Shown here: in pieces, positions 19,694 through 28,309 of the stretch
Numbering within the stretch: position 1 is the stretch's first letter
Layout: each line of letters starts with the position of its first letter
NCBI GenBank assembly: GCA_016188295.1
Contig: JACPIA010000009.1
Span: 1,509-65,508 of the forward strand
DNA from: Candidatus Vogelbacteria bacterium
GTDB taxonomy: Bacteria; Patescibacteriota; Minisyncoccia; Phycocordibacterales; XYD1-FULL-46-19
Reading direction: 5' to 3'
Length of the DNA stretch: 64,000 nucleotides
The notes under the pieces: model-generated
Told to the model about the DNA's origin: nothing
Database searches by the model: none
Seen by the model: the letters and a program-made list of their open reading frames with translations, nothing else
Translations under genes and position numbers: made by a program

Positions 19694-20932
19694 TCAGTGA
19701 TTATAATCCGTTAAAAAAGCTCTTTTAAACTCATTAAAATAATCGTCTAAAATAGATTGGCGGATACGAGCGACCAAATTGACCAAAAAGTAAATATTAT
19801 GGATTGAGCCTAAGGTGGCCCCCAACATCTCTTTAGCGTGAAAAAGGTAAGCTAAATAAGCTCTAGTATATTTTTGGCAAGTGTAGCATCGGCAATCGTT
19901 TTCAATCGGTCTAAAATCCTCACGATATTGTTGATTCAAAATATGGAGCCGGCCGTGATGAGTTAAAAACGTCCCCGTGCGGGCAAAGCGGGTCGGGATT
20001 ACACAGTCAAAAGTATCAGCTCCATTTTCCACTCCATCAAAAAAATCTTCCGGTTCACCGATGCCGAGCAAATGGCGTGGCTTATTTTTAGGCAAAATGG
20101 CATTGACCCATCCCACCGCGGTACCCAAATCATCTTTATTAAATGAGCCGCCAATCCCAAAACCAGCAAAATCCATACTGCTAATTATTTTTGCCGACCG
20201 CTCCCGCAAATCTTGATGACGTCCTCCTTGGACAATCCCAAATAAACCCTGTTTATTGGCCGCCTCATTATTAATCAAATGAGTATCTAAACTACGCTTA
20301 GCCCAAGCATGCGTACGCGTCAGTGCCTCTTGTTGATACTCATAACTGGCTTGAGGCGAAGTACATTCATCAAACGCAAAAATAATATCCGCCCCTAATT
20401 TGTGTTGAATAGCCATTGAGCTCTCGGGGGTCAACCGATGTTCACTACCATCTAAATGCGATCTAAACGTAACACCATCATTGTCTATTTTTGCTAATTG
20501 ACTAACTGAATCAGGTAAATTTTGATCAGTGTAAGGATCCTCTGAGATAAAGTTGTCAAAATTTACCGGTTCAGTTTTTTTAGCCACCTTACTTACTCCC
20601 CCTTTACCAAACGCCTCACCGAGCGAAAAGACTTGAAAGCCGCCTGAATCGGTCATGATTGGCCCACTCCACTGCATAAACTGATGTAGTCCTCCGGCTT
20701 TAGCTACCAAGTCAGCCCCGGGTTGTAAATACAAATGATAGGTATTAGAGAGCACTACTTGGGCACCCGTGCTTTTTACTTGCTCCGGCGTTAGCGCTTT
20801 AACTGTCGCTTTAGTACCTACCGTCACAAAGGCCGGTGTCTCGATCTCGCCGTGAGGCGTGCTGATTACTCCGACGCGACCTAAAGTATTATTTAATTCT
20901 TTAGTGATTTTAAATTTTATAGGTTGACTCAT
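19694..20932 (-). CDS. tgt: tRNA-guanine transglycosylase
   Basis: TDSGGFQVFSL, GIVQGG, DTFDCVIPTR, CRCYTC. Confidence 0.95.
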   Translation of the reverse strand: MSQPIKFKITKELNNTLGRVGVISTPHGEIETPAFVTVGTKATVKALTPEQVKSTGAQVVLSNTYHLYLQPGADLVAKAGGLHQFMQWSGPIMTDSGGFQVFSLGEAFGKGGVSKVAKKTEPVNFDNFISEDPYTDQNLPDSVSQLAKIDNDGVTFRSHLDGSEHRLTPESSMAIQHKLGADIIFAFDECTSPQASYEYQQEALTRTHAWAKRSLDTHLINNEAANKQGLFGIVQGGRHQDLRERSAKIISSMDFAGFGIGGSFNKDDLGTAVGWVNAILPKNKPRHLLGIGEPEDFFDGVENGADTFDCVIPTRFARTGTFLTHHGRLHILNQQYREDFRPIENDCRCYTCQKYTRAYLAYLFHAKEMLGATLGSIHNIYFLVNLVARIRQSILDDYFNEFKRAFLTDYNH

Positions 20933-21783
20933 CGATAGATTAAAGAGAACCACAATAAAATGGCGATAGCGAGTGAGATTAATTTGATAGACAGATTATT
21001 AACCACCAAATATTGCCACGGACTCGTGGTTTGAGTGTCAGCTAATTCATCAGCAAAAAATTGGTGCACCACCAATTCCACCGCCTCGCGATTATCAAGC
21101 GACGTTAGTACCCCACTCTCGGATTTAGAAATAGTGCCGCGTTCTTCGGATACTACCAGAGCTAAAGCATCAGACTTTTCGGTTACGCCAGCGGCAGCGC
21201 GATGACGCGTACCAACTCTAGCAAAGTCAGCAAAATGCTCGGCCAATGGTAAATGGACACCAAAACGCTTAATTCGATTATCATCAATAATTACTGCTCC
21301 ATCGTGTCCCGGTGATGACGGATCAAAGATACTTAATAAAAGTGCGGAAGAAATCCGCCCATCCAAAGCAAAACCACCCTCCAATAAAGAGTCGAGTGGA
21401 TAGTCGCGAGGGAAGACAATAATTGCTCCCCGCTTACCACTAGCTAACACCATCACCGCCTCGACAATCATATTGGCGGCATTACGTGAAAGGAGACGAG
21501 TACGCTCCCGAGCCAAGTTACGACCCTTAACCGTAAACCATTCGAGGAAGCGTCTAATCTCTCGTTGAAAGACCACTACAAAAATAATTAAAAAGAAGGT
21601 CACTAACGGTTGAAAAATCTTTTCAGTCAAACCTAGATCCAGAGTTTTAGCCACTAAATTAATCAAGACTAAAGAAACCAAAGCGGTCAACATAAAATAA
21701 GACCGGGTTTGACGGATAAAAATCAAGGCCAAATAAATAATCGAGGTCACAATTAAAATATCAAAAATCGCTCGGATAATCAT
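20929..21783 (-). CDS. dacA: Diadenylate cyclase, CdaA type
   Basis: Three N-terminal TM segments, FQREIRR, HDGA, GTRHRAA, VVSEERG. Confidence 0.88.
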   Translation of the reverse strand: MIIRAIFDILIVTSIIYLALIFIRQTRSYFMLTALVSLVLINLVAKTLDLGLTEKIFQPLVTFFLIIFVVVFQREIRRFLEWFTVKGRNLARERTRLLSRNAANMIVEAVMVLASGKRGAIIVFPRDYPLDSLLEGGFALDGRISSALLLSIFDPSSPGHDGAVIIDDNRIKRFGVHLPLAEHFADFARVGTRHRAAAGVTEKSDALALVVSEERGTISKSESGVLTSLDNREAVELVVHQFFADELADTQTTSPWQYLVVNNLSIKLISLAIAILLWFSLIYR

Positions 21784-21793
21784 ATTTTTAAAA

Positions 21794-22054
21794 CTAAGCG
21801 GCCCAAGCTTTTAGTTCATCATAACCAACCGAACCACACAACCACTTATTAGTGTGAGTATTGATAAAAAAAGGCACCCCGCCACACTTATCACCATCAT
21901 CATAAGTAGTCAATAATTTAGCATTAGTCTCATTATGCCAAGTTTCTATACGATCAATCTTTACCCCAACCTCGACTTCCAAACGATCTAGGAGCGAGAT
22001 CATGACGTGACAATGGGGACACTCCGTACCATAAAACATTAATAAGTGAGACAT
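21794..22054 (-). CDS. Thioredoxin/glutaredoxin-like protein
   Basis: CPHC motif and GVPF. Confidence 0.8.
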   Translation of the reverse strand: MSHLLMFYGTECPHCHVMISLLDRLEVEVGVKIDRIETWHNETNAKLLTTYDDGDKCGGVPFFINTHTNKWLCGSVGYDELKAWAA

Positions 22055-22066
22055 AGTTTTGCTACT

Positions 22067-22903
22067 CTACCACGTTACTTGAGGAAAGTCACTAGTAAGC
22101 TCGGTGGAGTAGTAAAACTCATAAGCTAGCCGGCCAAAAGTGTATCCCTCCCCACCTACTTTAATCAAAGCGCCCCCCACGGCCGGATTAGCCTTAGGTT
22201 GGGAATTAGCAAAGCCAATATTAAATAAAGTGCTCATAATCTCTGGTCGATTATGGATATGATAACCAGCTCGCTCCCATTCGGCTCTAATCTCGCGGAT
22301 AAACAAAGCAACATATAAATACGTGTAGTAATGATCATGTTGATCGGTCAAGCGTTCAAAACGCAAGGTGTCTACATTGCCATCACCAAAATCAAGCAAG
22401 TGTTCGTAACTAGTCCCGGGATAACGTAACGACTCTCGATCAATTAAATTAGCTTCGATCTCGCGGGCCGTATCCTCTTTTAGACCAGCTACCCCCCAAG
22501 AAAACTTGGTTTGGACTCCAAACAGAGCCAGTGGTTCAAAAATTTGCTTGTATATTTCTCGTTCCGAGGTAAAAAGACGTAATTGTTCCGGTACGATTGG
22601 CGCCACAATTAAGCGCGCCGGCACACCGGTCTCTTGACTGACCCGCTGGATCACGGCGACATCACGCTTAAGTGCCCCTTGTAAAGTTTGCCACTCTGGC
22701 GATTCCCGCCAAGCTAATTTAGCATCGGGACCAAAAGTAGTGAGTGCCCAAATATGATTCGGGTCCAAGGCCCCCGAGACATTGGTCCAGCCAAAATAAT
22801 TAGCGACTAAAACTGACCCGCTTACTAAAATCGCCAAGCCAATAACTAGCCCAATACCTAAAAATATTTTAGACCACAATGATTTAAGGACAACAAGTTG
22901 CAT
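22067..22903 (-). CDS. Membrane-anchored protein, possibly lysozyme-like fold
   Basis: N-terminal TM; ETGVPARLIVAPIVPE, SWGVAGLK, STLFNIG. Confidence 0.5.
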   Translation of the reverse strand: MQLVVLKSLWSKIFLGIGLVIGLAILVSGSVLVANYFGWTNVSGALDPNHIWALTTFGPDAKLAWRESPEWQTLQGALKRDVAVIQRVSQETGVPARLIVAPIVPEQLRLFTSEREIYKQIFEPLALFGVQTKFSWGVAGLKEDTAREIEANLIDRESLRYPGTSYEHLLDFGDGNVDTLRFERLTDQHDHYYTYLYVALFIREIRAEWERAGYHIHNRPEIMSTLFNIGFANSQPKANPAVGGALIKVGGEGYTFGRLAYEFYYSTELTSDFPQVTW

Positions 22904-22927
22904 TTAGTTTTAGACAGAATATCATAA

Positions 22928-23107
22928 ATGTACATGATGATCGAACAACCACAATCAATCGAGCACAGAAGTGTTGCTTCAGATATTGCATTGTTAGAAG
23001 AAATGAAAGCAAAATGTCCTGATCCACATAAAAAATTAACCACTATACTTTGTGAAGAGATTTTAAGACATCATGTGTTAGTCGACAACATGGAAGAAAA
23101 GCATTAA
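22928..23107 (+). CDS. Small hypothetical protein, 59 aa (not in the ORF track)
   Basis: MYMMIEQPQ...DNMEEKH; its stop abuts the next ATG at 23108. Confidence 0.5.
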   Translation: MYMMIEQPQSIEHRSVASDIALLEEMKAKCPDPHKKLTTILCEEILRHHVLVDNMEEKH

Positions 23108-23407
23108 ATGACTGTTATTGATAATGACCAAGTAAGAGAGCAGATTGTGCGTGGCTTAGATTTAGCCGCTTATTCGGTATCCGAACAGAATCAGATTATT
23201 GAGCTCCTGCGCGAAGCCATCTCCTCTCGCGTCAATGTGGCTATTTTTGAGCAATTGACCACCGAAGAACAGCGCGATTTACTTGAATTAGCCGATCAAC
23301 ATAATAGTCAAAACGTGATTGAGTATGTTAACAATAAAATCCCCGACTTTGAACAGTTAATTAACCGTGTCGCCTCTACTACGATCGCCGAATTCCGTAA
23401 TCGCTAA
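23108..23407 (+). CDS. Small acidic helical protein (DUF5663-like)
   Basis: LDL..SEQNQIIE..RVNVAIFEQL..IPDFEQLI pattern. Confidence 0.6.
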   Translation: MTVIDNDQVREQIVRGLDLAAYSVSEQNQIIELLREAISSRVNVAIFEQLTTEEQRDLLELADQHNSQNVIEYVNNKIPDFEQLINRVASTTIAEFRNR

Positions 23408-23408
23408 G

Positions 23409-23843
23409 TTATTTAAATAATATTGGTATTTCCACCGCCGCATCGTTTTGCGACAAACCGGAGGGATTATCTCGCTGTAAAATCAAAGTTCCATGAGGAT
23501 TGCCATTATTGGGTTTAGTAAAATTTAACGCCGCTTGGAATGGTACAAACTCCTCCGTCATCCACTCACTTTGAGCTTGGGCCACTCCTTGAGCGATAAT
23601 CAAACCGTCCCAATCGGTGAGCACGACCGGGAAAGAAGCTTCAAAAAACCAAGTGCCGCGCGCCTCACCAGTAATTGACAACGGTGAACTGATTGAATCA
23701 CCAGCCCTAGGAGTAGTAACCCTAATTCTAGAGTCAGTAGTAGCTTGGAGTAAGTCATCAGATTGACTCTTGAACCAAAAAGCACCACCACCCAACATAA
23801 TCATTAGAATTAAGAATCCAATTATAATAATTGATCGTCTCAT
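23409..23843 (-). CDS. Gmad2 immunoglobulin-like domain protein
   Basis: ITGEARGTWFFEASFPV..WMTEEFVPF..DNPSG. Confidence 0.8.
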   Translation of the reverse strand: MRRSIIIIGFLILMIMLGGGAFWFKSQSDDLLQATTDSRIRVTTPRAGDSISSPLSITGEARGTWFFEASFPVVLTDWDGLIIAQGVAQAQSEWMTEEFVPFQAALNFTKPNNGNPHGTLILQRDNPSGLSQNDAAVEIPILFK

Positions 23844-24703
23844 TGGAAATAATCGATCAATGCTTTAACCCCCGCTAAGTTTTGCGACCATTCAATCGTC
23901 TCGTGGTTTTTGAGTTCGACCGTAATAGCGGGGATATTGATTGAGGCTAACCAGCCCTCGGCATCACCGGTAATCGGATAAGCGTCAAAAGATTGTATCG
24001 CCGGGTAACCGGACGCCGTGGCGTAGACAGTCATAATATCAAGAGTCACTGGCAAAATCCCATTTTGACACTCCGAAGCATAAACGGCGTTGGCTTGGCT
24101 ATGCCAAAACACTACTGCTTGCGGTCTATTAGCAAGCACGAAATCACGCAAAGCCATCGCTTCAGGCTCCGAAAAAGCGGCCGTACCAGCACTCACCGGC
24201 CTAGCTTGCCAAGTACTTCGAGCTTGCCATTTGCAATCAAAATTGCGGTTAAGATCCACTTGGTGGGCATTAAATCGGCTAGTAGCTAAAACCGTTTTAC
24301 TAGTTGTCGCTTGGTTCGCCTCAAATAATCCTTCTTGACCCACCACTTTGTACATCCCGTCCGGATTAAGATTAGGGATCACGGTTACGGTTATATTTTT
24401 AGGTACCGACTCGGGATGAGCTTTAAAGTAATCAACAAAAGTGTAAGCCAACAGCACGCTATTCCACTCATAGCCACCATGGATACCGCCAATAAACACT
24501 AATTCAGTCGGGCCGGTACCAAAGTGATAGGCCATAATATTGCGCCCTTCTACGGATTGACCGATAATTTGATACTCAATGGTTGGCTCCGTTACCACCG
24601 GCGGTGAAGCTAATTGACTTCGCTTGTAGACGTAAACTCCCAATCCAATTAGCACTAGTAGTAAAACCGCCCCGACTACTTGTTTACTAAACAACCAAGA
24701 CAT
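23840..24703 (-). CDS. M14 zinc carboxypeptidase (MpaA-like), copy 1
   Basis: GQSVEGR, GGIHGGYE, NPDG, DLNRNF, SEPE, FWHS, ITVEL. Confidence 0.85.
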   Translation of the reverse strand: MSWLFSKQVVGAVLLLVLIGLGVYVYKRSQLASPPVVTEPTIEYQIIGQSVEGRNIMAYHFGTGPTELVFIGGIHGGYEWNSVLLAYTFVDYFKAHPESVPKNITVTVIPNLNPDGMYKVVGQEGLFEANQATTSKTVLATSRFNAHQVDLNRNFDCKWQARSTWQARPVSAGTAAFSEPEAMALRDFVLANRPQAVVFWHSQANAVYASECQNGILPVTLDIMTVYATASGYPAIQSFDAYPITGDAEGWLASINIPAITVELKNHETIEWSQNLAGVKALIDYFQ

Positions 24704-25587
24704 TATTTAGTATAGTATTTAAGGATCGCTTGAACCCCGGCTTGATTTTTATTCCACTCGGTAGAGGTGTGATTAGTGAGAAGGACACTAATAGCTGGTA
24801 TTTCTTTTTTAGCTAACCAATTAACCAGATCACCAGTAATAGCGTAAAAATCAAAACGCTCATGAGCCGGATAACCTGAAGCCTTGGCATAAGTATTAGT
24901 TAAAATTAAAGTCTCAGGTAAGATGCCATCGTGACAATTAGAGGCAAAGACACCCCCGGCCGAACTGTACCACACTACCACTGCTTTAGGATTTTGATTC
25001 TCAACATAATTTTTGATCGCCAAACTCTCCGGCTCGGAAAAGACAGTACTCCCCGCTTTGACCGGTGTATTTTGCCATACACCGGTGGCTTGCCAATCAC
25101 AATCAAAATTACGATTTAAATCTATTTTATTAGCATTAAAACGACCAGCCACTTGAGCAGTTGATGAAGAAATGACGTCAGCAACCGCAAATTTAGCGGT
25201 CGTGGTACTAATCACTTTAATTAAACCGTCAGGATTTAACACCGGTATCACTGTTACGGTTATATTAGCGGGCACCGCATCAGAATTAGTTTTTAAGTAA
25301 TCCATTAATTCGTAAGCCACTAATGAGGTGTTCCACTCATAGCCACCATGGATACCGCCAATAAACACTAATTCAGTCGGGCCGGTACCAAAGTGATAGG
25401 CCATAATATTGCGCCCTTCCACTGACTGACCAATAATGGTTTTAGTTTTATCTTCTATTACTGGAGTGGTGGTGGCGGTGATTATTGGTGGCAGAGTAGT
25501 AATTACTGTTTCCTGACTGGACCAGAACCAGTAAGCTCCGCCAGCAATGACTAAAATAATAATAATAAAAATTAGGGCGTTTTTCAT
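24703..25587 (-). CDS. M14 zinc carboxypeptidase, copy 2 (third Zn ligand and catalytic Glu positions altered)
   Basis: Same motifs, but VWYSS replaces FWHS and ISVLL replaces ITVEL. Confidence 0.8.
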   Translation of the reverse strand: MKNALIFIIIILVIAGGAYWFWSSQETVITTLPPIITATTTPVIEDKTKTIIGQSVEGRNIMAYHFGTGPTELVFIGGIHGGYEWNTSLVAYELMDYLKTNSDAVPANITVTVIPVLNPDGLIKVISTTTAKFAVADVISSSTAQVAGRFNANKIDLNRNFDCDWQATGVWQNTPVKAGSTVFSEPESLAIKNYVENQNPKAVVVWYSSAGGVFASNCHDGILPETLILTNTYAKASGYPAHERFDFYAITGDLVNWLAKKEIPAISVLLTNHTSTEWNKNQAGVQAILKYYTK

Positions 25588-25661
25588 ATATAACCATTAT
25601 AAACCGCTTTGGTCTAAAAACCAGCCCGACTCTACTGATTGTATGCTATAATCACTGATAA

Positions 25662-26537
25662 ATGACTGGTTTGGGGGTGATAATTGGTGGAGGTGAGATT
25701 GGACAAGCGGTGGCCAATTTATGCCAACCGAGTAAGTTGGTGGGTATTTGGGATAACGAGCCTAGTCGCTCCACCCTTGCTTCACCAACTGATTTGAGCC
25801 AAGCGGACGTGGTGTTTATCTCTGTGCCAAGTCAATTTATCCGCCAAGCCCTGATGGAGAACACTCCTCACCTTAAACCAAGCGCCACCATTGTGGCTTT
25901 AACCAAGGGATTAGAAGAAGAGAGTAATAAATTAATCCCCGAGATTTTAGTTGAATTGCTCCCCACTCACAATTGGGCTTTGCTCTCCGGCCCGATGATC
26001 GCCGAGGAGATTTTGGCGGGTAAACCAACCCAAGCCGTTATTGCTACCGAGCAAGTGGCGACTAATGAGCTAATCAAAACTATTTTAGACGAGACTAAAA
26101 TCGTGACCCGCTATACCAGCGAGGTTAAAGCAGTGGCCCTACTGGCTGCCCTCAAAAATATTTATGCCATCGGTTCAGGTATTTTAAGTAGTTTAAACAT
26201 GGGCCAAAATATACAAGCTACTTTTATAACTAAAGCTCTCGCTGAAATGGTAGCAATACTTAAAATCGAGCAAGCCGCCAGTCCTCTCGTTTACGATTTA
26301 CCGGGTTTGGGCGATTTACTGGCCACCAGTTTAAGTGCCGACTCGCTTAATTGCCAAGTGGGTCAAGCTCTCGTCCGTGGCGAGATACCAATCATCTCCG
26401 AGGGTGTCCATGCAATAAGGTGTTTAAACACGCGTCTGGCCGGCCAACTGACTAACTTCCCTCTCTTTACCACACTGTATGATATTATCGAAAACAAAGC
26501 GAAACCCAATTTATTAATTAGAGCGATTTATGGCTAA
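25662..26537 (+). CDS. gpsA: NAD(P)H-dependent glycerol-3-phosphate dehydrogenase
   Basis: GGGEIG, TKGLE, LSGP, LKNIYAI, GLGDLLAT. Confidence 0.85.
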   Translation: MTGLGVIIGGGEIGQAVANLCQPSKLVGIWDNEPSRSTLASPTDLSQADVVFISVPSQFIRQALMENTPHLKPSATIVALTKGLEEESNKLIPEILVELLPTHNWALLSGPMIAEEILAGKPTQAVIATEQVATNELIKTILDETKIVTRYTSEVKAVALLAALKNIYAIGSGILSSLNMGQNIQATFITKALAEMVAILKIEQAASPLVYDLPGLGDLLATSLSADSLNCQVGQALVRGEIPIISEGVHAIRCLNTRLAGQLTNFPLFTTLYDIIENKAKPNLLIRAIYG

Positions 26538-27687
26538 AGATCTGGCTTTAGTGCTTGATGTGGGCACCACCAGTATTAAAGCGTTAGTATTCGACCCTGA
26601 ACGACAAGTAGTGGCCAAGAGTTATCGGACAATCAGTAAACACATTTCCCTAGGCGGTGGGATAGTGGAGCAGGACCCTAAAGAAATTTTAAACACCGCA
26701 CAAACAGTATTACGCGAGACGGTACGCGATACCGGCCTCTCAATTGATAATTATCTAGGTCTTGGCCTTACTAACCAGCGTGAGACGACAGTGGTGTGGG
26801 ACGGACACACCGGCAAACCGGTATATCCGGCAATTGTCTGGGAGGACCGTCGCACCAAAAGCCGGTGTGAGACATTAGCTAAAACTCACGGCCAATTGGT
26901 ACGCGAGCACACCGGCTTGCCGATTGACAGCTATTTTTCGGCTTCCAAAATTAATTGGATTTTAAATCATATCCGCACCGACAATACTAATTGGCTAGCG
27001 GGCACGGTAGACACTTGGCTAATGTGGAATCTGCTCGATAGTCAACCACATCTCACCGATTTTACTAATGCTTCACGCACCCTCCTGTTTAATATTAAAA
27101 CTAAAACTTGGGATGAGATTTTACTAGAGCTATGGCAAGTGCCAGCGCGTTTACTACCTAAAGTCCAACACTCACTTTCTCTCTTTGGTCATTTGCGCCC
27201 GGAAGTGTTGGGCAGTACTTTGCCGGTAGTGGCGGTATGTGGCGATCAGCAAGCCAGTATGTACGCCGCTAAACAAGCCGGCGCTAGTACTAAAGTTACT
27301 TATGGCACTGGCACCTTTGTGATGGCCGAACTTGGCGAAGAGTTTAAATTACAAGACGGCTTTTTTACCACTCTCACACCAACTAAAACTGGATTTATCT
27401 ACGCCCATGAGGCTAAAATAGGCGCTTATGCTCAACGCATCGATGAGCTCTTGATCCGAGGTAAATCTCTGGATCAAGTCGTACGCGAGATGACCCAGGC
27501 CACTGGCCAGAAACTGGAACAACTTTCACCTACTCCTAATAAAATCATCTTAGATGGCGGTATTACCCAAGCTCTAACACTCCTTTCGGCTCAACAAGCC
27601 GCCAATCCTAATATCCAATTTGTGCTTCAGCAACCTTTTGATGGTACTGCTTTGGGTATTGCTGAAATGATTTTTAATCAGAAATAG
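26530..27687 (+). CDS. glpK: Glycerol kinase-like FGGY kinase with shortened C-terminus
   Basis: DVGTTS, TNQRETT, YFSASK, TNASRT, GDQQA, TYGTGTF. Confidence 0.8.
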   Translation: MAKDLALVLDVGTTSIKALVFDPERQVVAKSYRTISKHISLGGGIVEQDPKEILNTAQTVLRETVRDTGLSIDNYLGLGLTNQRETTVVWDGHTGKPVYPAIVWEDRRTKSRCETLAKTHGQLVREHTGLPIDSYFSASKINWILNHIRTDNTNWLAGTVDTWLMWNLLDSQPHLTDFTNASRTLLFNIKTKTWDEILLELWQVPARLLPKVQHSLSLFGHLRPEVLGSTLPVVAVCGDQQASMYAAKQAGASTKVTYGTGTFVMAELGEEFKLQDGFFTTLTPTKTGFIYAHEAKIGAYAQRIDELLIRGKSLDQVVREMTQATGQKLEQLSPTPNKIILDGGITQALTLLSAQQAANPNIQFVLQQPFDGTALGIAEMIFNQK

Positions 27688-27768
27688 AGGGGCTTTTCTT
27701 AATCAGCTAATTGTTTTAAGATAAAGTCAGAATAGACTTTTCAAATATAAGCAAAAGGAGGTGAAGAC

Positions 27769-27933
27769 ATGTCCCGCCCCAGCCCTAGACCCACAGTCTT
27801 AGGAAGAACCGATTCGGCAAGTTGGAGCAGAGAGGCTCGTCGCAAAATGTTAGAAGCGATTGAAGCTGGACAACGCGATCCTGGTAGGCGAGTCGGTCCG
27901 AGCAAACCGTTCTGGCTTAAAAGGAGAGGTTAG
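27769..27933 (+). CDS. Small basic protein, 54 aa (not in the ORF track)
   Basis: AAGGAGGTGA Shine-Dalgarno; MSRPSPRPTVLGRTDSASWSREARRKMLEAIEAGQRDPGRRVGPSKPFWLKRRG; downstream hairpin. Confidence 0.6.
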   Translation: MSRPSPRPTVLGRTDSASWSREARRKMLEAIEAGQRDPGRRVGPSKPFWLKRRG

Positions 27934-27951
27934 ATTTTCCTTTTTCTCCAA

Positions 27952-27981
27952 ACAGGCCCAATTATTCGTAATTGGGCCTGT
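27952..27981 (+). terminator. Strong hairpin with TTCG loop
   Basis: acaggcccaatta-ttcg-taattgggcctgt. Confidence 0.6.
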
Positions 27982-27999
27982 GTTATGTCTAAACCCATT

Positions 28000-28086
28000 G
28001 TCAACCTCACCGGCCTAAAGGCCGGAGCTTGCACTGTTCCGTTCTGCTTCCCATTGCTTGTCGATATATTCACGTACCGTGGCTTC
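28000..28086 (-). mobile_element. IS200/IS605-family remnant: TnpA C-terminus plus right-end hairpin
   Basis: Minus strand encodes EATVREYIDKQWE (YIxxQ catalytic helix), then ccggcc-ttta-ggccgg..GTTGAC end. Confidence 0.7.
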
Positions 28087-28247
28087 TTTTGGATTTCAAA
28101 AACCCTTGGCGAATTCTGGCGGAAACCCCTGTCGCGTCGCTTTGCGACGGTCCGAATTTTGGCGAAAACGGCGATTCTATTTTTTTGCTGCCAGACTTGG
28201 ATTCGAACCAAGATACTCGCCTCCAAAGGGCGAAGTCCTACCATTAG
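28087..28247 (+). pseudogene. C-terminal tail of a serine-recombinase-like gene reading antisense into tRNA-Gln
   Basis: LDFKNPWRILAE...LLPDLDSNQD; same layout as the scar at 52081-52425. Confidence 0.5.
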
Positions 28248-28258
28248 ACGATCTGGCA
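28188..28258 (-). tRNA. tRNA-Gln(TTG)
   Basis: TGCCAGA/TCTGGCA acceptor stem; TCGCC-CTTTGGA-GGCGA anticodon arm; GGTTCGAATCC. Confidence 0.93.
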
Positions 28259-28309
28259 ATACCTACAGACTATGCCATATTTTAATTCAATTTCCAAACA
28301 GCACTGGAG

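Noticed and set aside
28000-28030. IscB/TnpB RNA-guided system
   Set aside because: Only the end hairpin and a TnpA fragment are present; no nuclease gene is nearby
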